IMG/VR virus record: IMGVR_UViG_3300032218_000693
Span: 1-36,849 of that record
Source: a virus
Taxonomy: Duplodnaviria > Caudoviricetes
DNA: 36,849 nt
Direction: 5' to 3' (one strand)
Below the pieces are notes generated by a model. It searched no databases and was not told the DNA's origin. It saw only the letters and a program-made list of their open reading frames with translations. Each line of letters begins with the position of its first letter. Positions within the stretch are counted from its first letter, which is position 1. Shown here piece by piece: positions 26,289 through 35,162 of the stretch. A program made the position numbers and the translations under genes.

Positions 26289-27860
26289 ATGTTCGTAGCA
26301 TTTATTCCAAGACCAACACAAGTAGTTACGATTAGTTCAGCGGCGAACAACATTAACTTGTTCACTCAAGCTAGCAGTCCAACCTATCCCTTGAATCTTC
26401 TTTGCTTCATCAATGCTTCGGTAGGTTCATCTTCAAACACGACTGCTGCGTTTAGAACGGGTACAGGTTGGTCGCCGGGTTCATGGTTATACATTCAGAA
26501 CGCTAACACGATCAGTGGTGGCGTCGGTCCAGCTGGTTCACCTGGAAGTACCGGCTCAACGGGTAACACTGGTTCTACAGGTACGACTGGCGCAGCGGGA
26601 ACTCCCGGATCGACTGGTTCTACTGGCTCAACTGGTTCACCGGGCACAGCCGGCGGAACGGGTTCAACTGGTAGTACCGGTCCACATGGTGCAGGCGGCG
26701 CGGGTGGTACAGGTGGCGCTAACTACGTTGCGGGTAACGCGGGTTCATCTGGCTCACCGGGTGGTCCGGGTGGTACAGGCGGGACGGGTGGTACGGGTGG
26801 TCCCGGTGGTGCTGGTGGAACTGGTGGCACGGGCGGAAATGGTACTGCTGGATCACCTGGTGGAACGGGTGGCGCGGGCGCACCTGGTGGAACCGGTGGT
26901 AACGGTAGCGCAGGCGCCGGCGGTGGTATCTCATTCTTAGCAGACACCGTAACTGGCTTAACGACTGTGTTGAATAACACGGGTACACTAACTGGTGGAA
27001 GCGGAGGAAGTGGCGGTGCTGCAGGTCCCGGTGGTCCCGGTGGTCCGGGAGGAACCGGCGGTCCAGGAGGAGCCGGTGGTGGTGCGGGTCCCGGCGGTCC
27101 AGGTGGTCCCGGTGGTCCCGGTGGCGCAGCTGGCCCAGGAGGACCCGGCGGCGCAGGTGGAAACGGCGGCGGTGGTGGCGGTGGCGGCGGTGGTTCGGGC
27201 TTCTATGGTCCGGGTGTAAGATTCACTGGCATTGCACAAGAAGCGATTAAGTATATCACCGGCGGTGCTGGTGGCGGCGGTGGAGCGAGTTATTCTGCAC
27301 CTGCCGGTGGCGGTCAAGGTGGTTACACTTACGTAGCTGCGTTCTATTATCCGGGTCCGAAAGCAGATCCTCCAAGCTACTATCCAGCATATAACGTATA
27401 TGCTTATGATGGTGGCGCAGCGTCTGGCGGTTCTGCTGGTGGTGGCGGTGGTGGCTGGTATGGCGGCGGTGCGGGTGGTACCGGTGGCGGTATTCAAACT
27501 TCCGGTGCTGGTGGTAACCAAGGTACAGCACAGCTGCTTTACACACCCGGTCCAAAAGCTGATCCACCGATACCATACTACGGTAACTATTGGGCCGGCG
27601 GTGCGGGCGGTGCGGGCGGTGGTCAGGGACCAACCGGTTCAACTGGTCCAGCTGGTAGTCCAGGACCGACTGGTTCAACTGGTCCGACTGGATCTGCGGG
27701 TAGCGCTGGATCACCGGGTTCAACTGGACCGACTGGTTCAACTGGTCCGACCGGACCTGCGGGTAGCGCCGGTTCACCGGGTTCACAGGGACCTGCTATC
27801 TCTGGTAACTCAAACATTATCTACGTTGCAACGGGAACACGCAACGGACCAATAAGCTAA
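26289..27860 (+). CDS. gp38-like glycine-rich tail adhesin with elongated polyglycine-II strands
   Basis: Beta rungs [12 protein letters not shown] and [12 protein letters not shown] plus the terminal [23 protein letters not shown] resemble T2/T6/S16 gp38 architecture. Gly runs are interrupted by Tyr-rich loops. It follows the distal fibre genes. Confidence 0.75.
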   Translation: MFVAFIPRPTQVVTISSAANNINLFTQASSPTYPLNLLCFINASVGSSSNTTAAFRTGTGWSPGSWLYIQNANTISGGVGPAGSPGSTGSTGNTGSTGTTGAAGTPGSTGSTGSTGSPGTAGGTGSTGSTGPHGAGGAGGTGGANYVAGNAGSSGSPGGPGGTGGTGGTGGPGGAGGTGGTGGNGTAGSPGGTGGAGAPGGTGGNGSAGAGGGISFLADTVTGLTTVLNNTGTLTGGSGGSGGAAGPGGPGGPGGTGGPGGAGGGAGPGGPGGPGGPGGAAGPGGPGGAGGNGGGGGGGGGGSGFYGPGVRFTGIAQEAIKYITGGAGGGGGASYSAPAGGGQGGYTYVAAFYYPGPKADPPSYYPAYNVYAYDGGAASGGSAGGGGGGWYGGGAGGTGGGIQTSGAGGNQGTAQLLYTPGPKADPPIPYYGNYWAGGAGGAGGGQGPTGSTGPAGSPGPTGSTGPTGSAGSAGSPGSTGPTGSTGPTGPAGSAGSPGSQGPAISGNSNIIYVATGTRNGPIS

Positions 27861-27870
27861 GAGGAAGATT

Positions 27871-28326
27871 ATGGATATTCATTATAAAATCATAGAAGTA
27901 AATCCTGATGAGCACTCAATCGTTGTTAGATACTTCACTGATCTTATAACAGAAGAAATGTTAGCAACGATCCCAGATGCTGTTGAAAAAAGATTAGATG
28001 GTTCGCCTATAAGATGCAGGACTGATTACAATATTAATGTTCCAATTCCTGCACCAGAAGGTGAAGATCTTCATAACTTTATTCTTTCAAGAGCACCGGT
28101 TCATTGGCTAGATACTCAAGAAAAGATTGCTAACACTGAAGTAGATACTTCTCTGTCATCTCTTAAAGATCTCATGAACGTAAAGAAAACGGTAACGGTA
28201 TCTCTAGAGCCACCCCTACCTGCTATTACTACAGAAGGATCTGGTGAGAAGCCAGACGGTAACATGACAGATGATGATATTCTTGAACTCCTTGAGAAAG
28301 CTAAGCAAGGAAAGCTTGCGCAATAA
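27871..28326 (+). CDS. Hypothetical protein (possible adhesin chaperone)
   Basis: SD GAGGA, 151 aa, acidic. Immediately downstream of the adhesin. Confidence 0.6.
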   Translation: MDIHYKIIEVNPDEHSIVVRYFTDLITEEMLATIPDAVEKRLDGSPIRCRTDYNINVPIPAPEGEDLHNFILSRAPVHWLDTQEKIANTEVDTSLSSLKDLMNVKKTVTVSLEPPLPAITTEGSGEKPDGNMTDDDILELLEKAKQGKLAQ

Positions 28327-28329
28327 ATT

Positions 28330-29406
28330 ATGAAGCTTAATGAAAATGTGTTCTATTACGATGGTGATAAAAAGATCTATCGTAATAGAAACGATCTTTT
28401 GAAACAATCTAAGCATTGGATCAGAAGATTCTATTATTATGACAAAGAGTTTGGACAAGTACAGTGGACTAAAGATCCCGTTGAAGATCTTTGGACACTG
28501 TATAGTCGTAGAGCGCAGCAGATTCGTGATGAGTTTGAATACGTTATATTATGCTACTCAGGCGGCGTAGACTCAACGAATGTTTTAGAAGCTTTTTACT
28601 ACGATAACATTCATATAGATGAGATTCTTATTGTCGGGGCTTTCTCACAAGACAGTGAGTATGGAGTAGATGAGAATCATAACGGTGACATATATCATAA
28701 CGTTTACCCAACGTTAAAAGCTTTAGATCTTCCGAACACTAAGATAACAGTAGAAGATTACACGAAGCACTTTAATAATCCAGAAAACTTTCCATTGATC
28801 AAAGAATTTGGTGATGACTTTGCTTTGCAGCTAGGTCCATACACTAGTGTTCATACGTTATTCTGGCATGACTTAAAGTATTTCATCGGTCAGAATAACA
28901 ACAAGAAAACATGTTACATCATGTGTTCAGACAAGCCAAAGCTATCTATAGATGGTGGTAACAATCTATTCTTTACAGATTTTAATGATCACGCAGTAAT
29001 CGACTATGGGTCAAACTTAGTAGATGAAAACTTTCAAAGAGTTAACTTCTACACAGATCCTAAAGCTGAAGCTATCATACGTAAGCAGTTACATATGATC
29101 ATGGAGTTCTATATTAAAAATGTTGTAGTTGAAAAGAGTATGAGTCACGACTTCTTCAATGTTAATTACATTAAGATCATCGATAATCTCGTGTACGATC
29201 TTAAGAATCCTCTTCGTTTTAAGTCTAAGAAGTCAGCTATCTCATGCTTGAGTGTTAGAGACATGTTTATGTTGAATAAGCAAGATTCTGATATGTTTAA
29301 GATATATAAGAATGCTACTCTAAAGTTAGACAAGTATCTCTCTCACACGAAGAGAGGATATCAGACAAGACAATACTTTATCTCGGAGAAACCAGTAAAG
29401 TTATGA
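28330..29406 (+). CDS. PP-loop (adenine nucleotide alpha-hydrolase/asparagine synthetase-like) ATPase
   Basis: VILCYSGGVDS PP-loop motif. No recognisable glutaminase domain. Confidence 0.75.
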   Translation: MKLNENVFYYDGDKKIYRNRNDLLKQSKHWIRRFYYYDKEFGQVQWTKDPVEDLWTLYSRRAQQIRDEFEYVILCYSGGVDSTNVLEAFYYDNIHIDEILIVGAFSQDSEYGVDENHNGDIYHNVYPTLKALDLPNTKITVEDYTKHFNNPENFPLIKEFGDDFALQLGPYTSVHTLFWHDLKYFIGQNNNKKTCYIMCSDKPKLSIDGGNNLFFTDFNDHAVIDYGSNLVDENFQRVNFYTDPKAEAIIRKQLHMIMEFYIKNVVVEKSMSHDFFNVNYIKIIDNLVYDLKNPLRFKSKKSAISCLSVRDMFMLNKQDSDMFKIYKNATLKLDKYLSHTKRGYQTRQYFISEKPVKL

Positions 29407-29879
29407 CTTATGTATTCTACTTCTTATGCTGGACATTCATGATCTATTGGATGCACCGTATCGTACACATCGTACCTTACGTGAATAAGATTCATGGCGA
29501 TCATCATAAGCAAGTTAGTAACGCAACTATCAGGGGACTTCATTGGACTAATGTGTTCTTATACTTCGATAGCTGGAAGTCGACGGCCGATCAATGGATA
29601 ACTGAAGTTATACCTACGATCATATTTTCTGCGGTAACCGGTCAGTGGTGGTTGTTTGTTTTCTACTACGTCTGGGCAGCTTTCATACAAGAATCAGTTG
29701 AACATAATCCAAAAGTTAATTTGTATCCATTCATCACCAGCGGTAAGTGGCATCTGATACATCATAAATATCCTCATAAGAATTATGGCGTTTTCTTTCC
29801 TATATGGGATATGATCTTTGGTACGTGGAAAGGTTTAGATGGCGACTCATCAAAGTTGGCTAACGACAAACGTATCTGA
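29403..29879 (+). CDS. Sterol desaturase/fatty-acid hydroxylase family di-iron membrane enzyme
   Basis: His boxes YWMHRIVH, HGDHH and HLIHH, followed by NYG...WD.IFGT. Hydrophobic segments present. Confidence 0.88.
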   Translation: MTYVFYFLCWTFMIYWMHRIVHIVPYVNKIHGDHHKQVSNATIRGLHWTNVFLYFDSWKSTADQWITEVIPTIIFSAVTGQWWLFVFYYVWAAFIQESVEHNPKVNLYPFITSGKWHLIHHKYPHKNYGVFFPIWDMIFGTWKGLDGDSSKLANDKRI

Positions 29880-30657
29880 TAGAGATGATGTTAAAGCGGC
29901 CGATCTTAAAGTCTATCTTAAAAAGATAGATGATTGGAACTTAAACTTATCTTTTGATGAAGCTTCTAGCTATACTATTCAAAAGATCAAAGATCTTAAG
30001 AAAGATATCTACGTAGGTCTTAGCGGTGGAATGGATTCTGAGTATGTCGTTAAGATGTTTCTTCAAGAAAACGTTCAGTTCAAAGCTATCATTATTGAGA
30101 CACCCGGAAATAATCTTGAGCTAGCGTACGCTTATCACTTCTGTCGTTTATATAAAATTGATCCTATCGTTATTAAAAAATCTGAAGCAGATATGCTCAA
30201 GTGTTACTACAATGATATTCTTATGAAGATCAGTGGCTATGGTTTTAATGCTGTAGCGACTTACATGGCAGCCCAATACGCGGAAGAAAGAAGCGGCGTA
30301 TTCGTTATGGCTGAACATTTGATCGATGATCAAGATGATGGATCAATATTGATTGGTGCGAATGAGTGGGACTTTTATAACGATGTGCTTATAGGTGAAC
30401 ATAACACACATTACTTCTTTAATTACACTCCTGAGATTACTTACGCTATGATCAAAGAAGTAAGAAAAGATGAAGATGCACAAGAATATAAACACAGGAT
30501 ATATGGTATTCCATTCAGACCAAAAATCATATATCAATATAGCAGACAGTATGAAGATGCTTTGACACAATTAAGAAGAACAAAGTGGGTGAAACATAAT
30601 CCTAACTTTAGTTTTGGAACAAGAGAAGAGTTCTTATCTCTTATGGAGAAGATGTAA
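29839..30657 (+). CDS. Second PP-loop ATPase
   Basis: IYVGLSGGMDSE motif. Confidence 0.75.
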   Translation: MATHQSWLTTNVSDRDDVKAADLKVYLKKIDDWNLNLSFDEASSYTIQKIKDLKKDIYVGLSGGMDSEYVVKMFLQENVQFKAIIIETPGNNLELAYAYHFCRLYKIDPIVIKKSEADMLKCYYNDILMKISGYGFNAVATYMAAQYAEERSGVFVMAEHLIDDQDDGSILIGANEWDFYNDVLIGEHNTHYFFNYTPEITYAMIKEVRKDEDAQEYKHRIYGIPFRPKIIYQYSRQYEDALTQLRRTKWVKHNPNFSFGTREEFLSLMEKM

Positions 30658-31583
30658 TGACAGAACAACAAAAGTTTGAAAGTGATGTTAAACTTGCAGA
30701 AGCTGAAAACGGAAAGCTTCTAAATGAGACTAAAGAAGTATTAACACAGAATCGTAATTATGCAGCGACTCGCTGGTGGGGAAATGATCTTTATACAGAT
30801 CTAGAGAGAGCTTATGGAAAGTATCTTTTCATTCCATTTGCTATACCTAAGATCGTACCAAATGATATGAACAAGTTCGTTGAGTTCTTCTTCACTAAAT
30901 CTCAGAATGCCGTAAAGATAAGAACAGATCACTTGAGTCAAGCGGGTTCTGGCGCAGTCGGTAGATCACCATACAAGCAAATCACTAGCAGCGAAGAAGG
31001 TGTAGGTGATCATTCAGATGTTTGGAGTGATAATCAAGTTCCCGAGATATACAATCAGTTTCCTGAACTTTTCGAACAGATACACGAATACATGCCATTC
31101 ATTGAACGTCAAAACTTTAAATGGTTCATGTGGTCGAGTAACTGGGATGTTCCTCCTCATCGAGACTTTGGTCCTCAGATAGATATGCCCGCCAGCATGA
31201 GAATCAAGATCTTTGATAATAATCCATATGAAACGTTAGAGATGGAAGTAGATCCATTAGACTGGAACACTGGAAACTATCATAGAAGATATAGACTTCC
31301 TATTCCAGAAGATACTAACTCTTTCGCTTGGAATAATCTTCGACAGAAACATAGAAGTGAATACATCAAGGGACACAGAAAGATTCTTATGATTATATCT
31401 CCTAAAGAACTTAGAAGATGTTTGACGGGTTCTAATCTTAATAAGTACGTAGATTTACTCGATAGAAGTGTTGATAAATATAGAGACAACGTGGTCGTTG
31501 ATACTGATACTACATTTTCAGACTATCTAACTTTCAAAGAAAGTGACCCGATAAATAAGATTTTGAATAGGGAGAATCCATAA
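30657..31583 (+). CDS. Putative Fe(II)/2OG cupin oxygenase (Asp/Asn beta-hydroxylase-like)
   Basis: VPPHRD (HxD), SMRI and a distal FAWNN.RQKH giving the third ligand. Confidence 0.55.
   Translation: MTEQQKFESDVKLAEAENGKLLNETKEVLTQNRNYAATRWWGNDLYTDLERAYGKYLFIPFAIPKIVPNDMNKFVEFFFTKSQNAVKIRTDHLSQAGSGAVGRSPYKQITSSEEGVGDHSDVWSDNQVPEIYNQFPELFEQIHEYMPFIERQNFKWFMWSSNWDVPPHRDFGPQIDMPASMRIKIFDNNPYETLEMEVDPLDWNTGNYHRRYRLPIPEDTNSFAWNNLRQKHRSEYIKGHRKILMIISPKELRRCLTGSNLNKYVDLLDRSVDKYRDNVVVDTDTTFSDYLTFKESDPINKILNRENP
31551..31557 (+). promoter_or_regulatory. T4-like late promoter box ATAAATA
   Basis: About 25 nt upstream of the 31583 ATG, followed by SD GGAG. Confidence 0.55.
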
Positions 31584-31957
31584 TGCCTGTTAAGCTAGTT
31601 CGTTATACGTACAAGACGAGTGATCAAGAGTGGAATAGAAAAGCCACTCTTACTACCTATCAGCAACTAGTCAAAGATAACTTTAACGAGAACGTTGTTA
31701 AACAACAACAAACTTTGTTGAGGGAAGATCCAGTTTCTTATGAAGATAATGTTTCTAAGAAAGTATGGTATTTTGAAACAGCCGAAGAAGCATTATCTTT
31801 CTGGAATGCTATTAATGACACGAGCAACGAGTTTGTAAAAGCTTATAAAAACTCTACGTCAAACTCAGTCTCTGGTTTTGTTCAACATAAGATTGAAACA
31901 AAGATTGAACAAATTGATGGTACAGTCATCACAGAGATTCAACCCAGACAAAATTAA
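31583..31957 (+). CDS. Hypothetical protein
   Basis: 124 aa with SD GGGAGA. Stop and start overlap as TAATG. Confidence 0.6.
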   Translation: MPVKLVRYTYKTSDQEWNRKATLTTYQQLVKDNFNENVVKQQQTLLREDPVSYEDNVSKKVWYFETAEEALSFWNAINDTSNEFVKAYKNSTSNSVSGFVQHKIETKIEQIDGTVITEIQPRQN

Positions 31958-32949
31958 TTAATAAGATCTATAACTGATTTGTCGGTGTTGATGATCATCT
32001 TCATTATCTGATTCATCTCTTCGTATTCTACGAATGAGTTGGATCCACCGATCTTTATCATCTCTTCAACATATTCTGAATCGTTAGCTATCTTTTTTCC
32101 AGCTTCGGCGAATTGTTTGACGCGTTCAGGTGTCATTCCTGGTCCGCCGAAGTATGGACGTGTAAGTTGATTCAATTCTCTAAAAAGTTCTAATACTTTC
32201 TTATGTTCATTATCGGTAACGAACTCGGCAAACAGCGGGACTTCTGGTATGACTGGGCTTCTCTTTAGAGCTCCAACTTGAGCGATCGCTTGAATCTCAT
32301 GCCCTTTCTTCAACCATTCGGGATAAAGCATTACAGTATTCTGTAGAGTACCAAATCGAGCATCGATCTCATTAGAGAGAATAGCTTGATGTATATTCTT
32401 ATATCCGTAAACCATCTTAGACTCAATCTTTAAGATCTTAGTGAGCATGTAGTTCACTAGATTATTTTCACTCGTGTCTTGATTGCCAAAGATAAAAGGA
32501 TTACTTTTCTCTCTCATCTGTTGGATGTTTGTAAGTCCTTTTCTGTTATGTGCCCAGATAACGAACACACCATTATCACCGTCATTAGTTGCAAATAGAT
32601 ACTTAAAGTTATTGAGATCATATTTTACTTGTGGATTCTTTCCTGATAAAGCAGTAACGAATGAGTTTCCATTTACAGAAACTGTTGCAATTGTATTCTG
32701 TTGATCTGCTTTATTGTAAAGCCAGTTATTAAGAACGAGACCGCCCGCACCTTGCATAGATGAGACGATAACTTTAGGATTACCTTCCATATGTTTACTA
32801 AGATACTTAGCTATGATCGTAGCATTAGTGTATGGACCTCCGCCTACCGTGCTTGACGTAACTATAGTTATCGGTTCGGCGGCGTAGCCGATTGAACTAT
32901 AAATACATATAGCAAAGACGAGGGATATCTTTTTTATGAAATCGAACAT
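31954..32949 (-). CDS. tctC: TctC/Bug-family periplasmic substrate-binding protein (copy 1)
   Basis: Start moved to MFDFIKK (ATG 32949, SD GGAG). Signal peptide ending YAA. Motifs MQGAGG, GYK...A...EIDA, IPEVP and RPY.G.PG...ERV. Confidence 0.82.
   Translation of the reverse strand: MFDFIKKISLVFAICIYSSIGYAAEPITIVTSSTVGGGPYTNATIIAKYLSKHMEGNPKVIVSSMQGAGGLVLNNWLYNKADQQNTIATVSVNGNSFVTALSGKNPQVKYDLNNFKYLFATNDGDNGVFVIWAHNRKGLTNIQQMREKSNPFIFGNQDTSENNLVNYMLTKILKIESKMVYGYKNIHQAILSNEIDARFGTLQNTVMLYPEWLKKGHEIQAIAQVGALKRSPVIPEVPLFAEFVTDNEHKKVLELFRELNQLTRPYFGGPGMTPERVKQFAEAGKKIANDSEYVEEMIKIGGSNSFVEYEEMNQIMKMIINTDKSVIDLIN
32898..32905 (+). promoter_or_regulatory. Perfect T4 late promoter TATAAATA for the QueC-like gene
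   Basis: Exact consensus, 30 nt upstream of ATG 32936. Lies within the antisense tctC coding sequence. Confidence 0.65.
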
Positions 32950-33904
32950 AATGACTCCGTGTAAGAATTTAGTACTTTTTTCAGGTGGATTAGATTCCAC
33001 ATACGTTATGTATAAACTTTTATCTGAAACTGAAGATGAGATAACAGCAGTTTTATTAGAAAAGGCTGACGGATCTATTAATAAGATATCTTCACCTAAA
33101 GATCAGAATCGACACGTCTTAGACATCGTTAATGAATTAAAAAAAATCCGTGACTTTGATTACGTTGTAAAACAGGTGCGTGATGATGATTATGATGAAG
33201 AAGTAATGATTCATTACTATACTTATTTCGTAGCGTATGCAGCACCTTTCATTAACTCAAAAACGTTTGATAGATTAGTTACAGGAAGAACTTGGGAACA
33301 GTTTAATAAGAAGTTAGTTGAAACTGAAGATAAAAGAATAGGAAATCCTTCTTATTTCGCAACTATTAGATTAATGACAAAATTAACAAATCGCGGTTAT
33401 CTTTGGAATCCATTGATAACACATGATTTTCACAATCATTTTAATAGGTGGCACGCCTTCAAATATCTTCCTGATAACTTGAAATCAAAAACATTTTCAT
33501 GTAATTCACCTATAAAAACTGAAGAAAATAATAAACCATGTAAAGAATGTTATAAGTGTTTGTGGGATGAACTAGTTAATATCTTTATAGAAAAAGGATT
33601 AACATCATCGCAGGTAGAACACTTCAGAAGAAAAAAATGTCGTGAATATGGTATCTCTAAGAAAGATGCACCGATGCGTTTTTGGTTACCACTATTTATG
33701 GGAAGAGGAAGAATATTCAACGATTTAGATTCTAAAGAAAAAATACAAGCACTTATAGGTAATCCTAGTATGCCTCATTACTCGGTGCCTAAGAAGTTTG
33801 CTGAAGACCCTAAATCTATCTGGTACATGAATGATCTCTCTGATATTAATGACATAGAAGACAGATTAAGTAAACTTCGGTCCGACTACCCAAACAACCA
33901 GTGA
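32936..33904 (+). CDS. QueC-like PP-loop ATPase with a Cys cluster
   Basis: LVLFSGGLDST and SC-x12-CxxCxxC (QueC-type Zn site). Start may be 32936 or 32951. Confidence 0.75.
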   Translation: MKSNIMTPCKNLVLFSGGLDSTYVMYKLLSETEDEITAVLLEKADGSINKISSPKDQNRHVLDIVNELKKIRDFDYVVKQVRDDDYDEEVMIHYYTYFVAYAAPFINSKTFDRLVTGRTWEQFNKKLVETEDKRIGNPSYFATIRLMTKLTNRGYLWNPLITHDFHNHFNRWHAFKYLPDNLKSKTFSCNSPIKTEENNKPCKECYKCLWDELVNIFIEKGLTSSQVEHFRRKKCREYGISKKDAPMRFWLPLFMGRGRIFNDLDSKEKIQALIGNPSMPHYSVPKKFAEDPKSIWYMNDLSDINDIEDRLSKLRSDYPNNQ

Positions 33905-34480
33905 ACGACGAATACCTCGAGTTATCGGCTTCACACGGTGAATCATAAATGATGGGAACAGGAGTGCTCTTCCCTTAGGTGTCGGAAGAACAGGTGCTGT
34001 AGCTTCTTGTCCATCATTGATTTGAAACTCACCACCATCAAAGTCATCATTCAACAATAGAGACAATGAGAGCTTTCTAGTCTCATTCATGTTTGCCGGC
34101 ATGTGACCGAGGCCGATATCCATGTGCCAGTCGTACTTACCTTCTTGTTCTGCCGTGTAAGTCGTGTATTGGAAATCGCTGTAACCATTCAACTCATAAC
34201 CGTAGAACATCTCGTTGCTCGATTGAATGATGAAGTTCAAGCGATCGAATATCCAAGCTGTGTCTGGATTACGTGGGTGAAACTTTACGTTTGAGCGCCG
34301 AACTTTCTCAGTCTCTTCTTGGCTACCGGAGAATGTTGTTCCAGGTTCTGTTCCCTGAGCTTCACAATAATCAATGATCATCTGCAACTCTTCGCTGGTA
34401 AAAGCATCGTCCCAGTGCGTCCAGCCATGCGTGATTCGTGATCTCGCAGTTGGATCATTATAGATTGTCGTGTACTTCAT
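33866..34480 (-). CDS. 2OG-Fe(II) oxygenase, prolyl-4-hydroxylase/PKHD type
   Basis: Motifs YDWHMD, RKLS.SLLL, FDGGEF and LFPSFMIHRVKPITRGIRRSLVVW. Start moved to MKYTT (ATG 34480, SD GGAGA). Confidence 0.9.
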   Translation of the reverse strand: MKYTTIYNDPTARSRITHGWTHWDDAFTSEELQMIIDYCEAQGTEPGTTFSGSQEETEKVRRSNVKFHPRNPDTAWIFDRLNFIIQSSNEMFYGYELNGYSDFQYTTYTAEQEGKYDWHMDIGLGHMPANMNETRKLSLSLLLNDDFDGGEFQINDGQEATAPVLPTPKGRALLFPSFMIHRVKPITRGIRRSLVVWVVGPKFT

Positions 34481-35162
34481 TAAAGATTCTCCAGTTAGTA
34501 GTAGGTTGGATTCCGGTTGGTTTTGGCATGTTCTTTTTATAGGTGAATAGAACGTCACCCGCTAAGCAGACGCGACGATCCATAAGGTCTTCTACGCTCT
34601 TACAGCCGGGATCTTTCTCATCGACACCGTATCCTACTGTGTAATGGTTGAGCTTAGCTGGGAAGACAAATGTGTCACCAAACTTGGGAGAGAAAGAAGC
34701 CTCGTAAGCGTTGTACTCGTTCTTCTCCTTAGAGTTGAAAGCGATCATACCGTAGTATGGATCATTCATGTGTGGAGGAGTCGACGCAAACACCAGAGGT
34801 TTCTCCAGTCTCTCCGGAACGTGAACGTAGTAAGTGAATGAGAGATGAGCGTCTTCGTGACTATGAAACGGTGTGTGTCTCTCCTTGGTGATATTCATCC
34901 AAGTCTTAATGATGTTAATGTCAAAGACGTTAGGATCGATTGCGAGAGTCTCGAGATACTGTCCGATCATCTTAGTGACATGTCCGAAGAGCAGCGCAAA
35001 AGTTTCCTCGTGATGTATGTTAACGTGATTGGTATACTCATTCGAGTATCCCTCAACGGTCATGTACTTAAAGATCTTCTTCATGAAAATCTTCTGAAAC
35101 TCTTCTTTGTCAGCATACTGTTCCTGAATAACTAGAGTTGGGAACAGGGAGTGCTTAATCAT
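34458..35162 (-). CDS. Putative 2OG-Fe(II) oxygenase (TIGR02466-like)
   Basis: Motifs LFPT, WMN...HSH...SFTYYV, FPAKLNH and R.CLA.D. Confidence 0.8.
   Translation of the reverse strand: MIKHSLFPTLVIQEQYADKEEFQKIFMKKIFKYMTVEGYSNEYTNHVNIHHEETFALLFGHVTKMIGQYLETLAIDPNVFDINIIKTWMNITKERHTPFHSHEDAHLSFTYYVHVPERLEKPLVFASTPPHMNDPYYGMIAFNSKEKNEYNAYEASFSPKFGDTFVFPAKLNHYTVGYGVDEKDPGCKSVEDLMDRRVCLAGDVLFTYKKNMPKPTGIQPTTNWRIFNEVHDNL

Noticed and set aside
26515-27855. Many alternative-frame and antisense ORFs over the adhesin
   Set aside because: They are shadows of GC-rich Gly/Pro codon repeats that lack stop codons.
31940-31970. Terminator between convergent genes
   Set aside because: The stop codons overlap (TTAA) and no GC stem with a U-tract is visible.
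32950-33000. ORF-track start of tctC copy 1 at 33000 (and of the oxygenase at 34558)
   Set aside because: Downstream ATGs at 32949 and 34480 have SD sequences, and 32949 gives a proper signal peptide.
32936-33904. Assigning queC and a 7-deazaguanine DNA modification pathway
   Set aside because: Only fold-level motifs are present, there are no partner genes in the window, and the context is late/structural.
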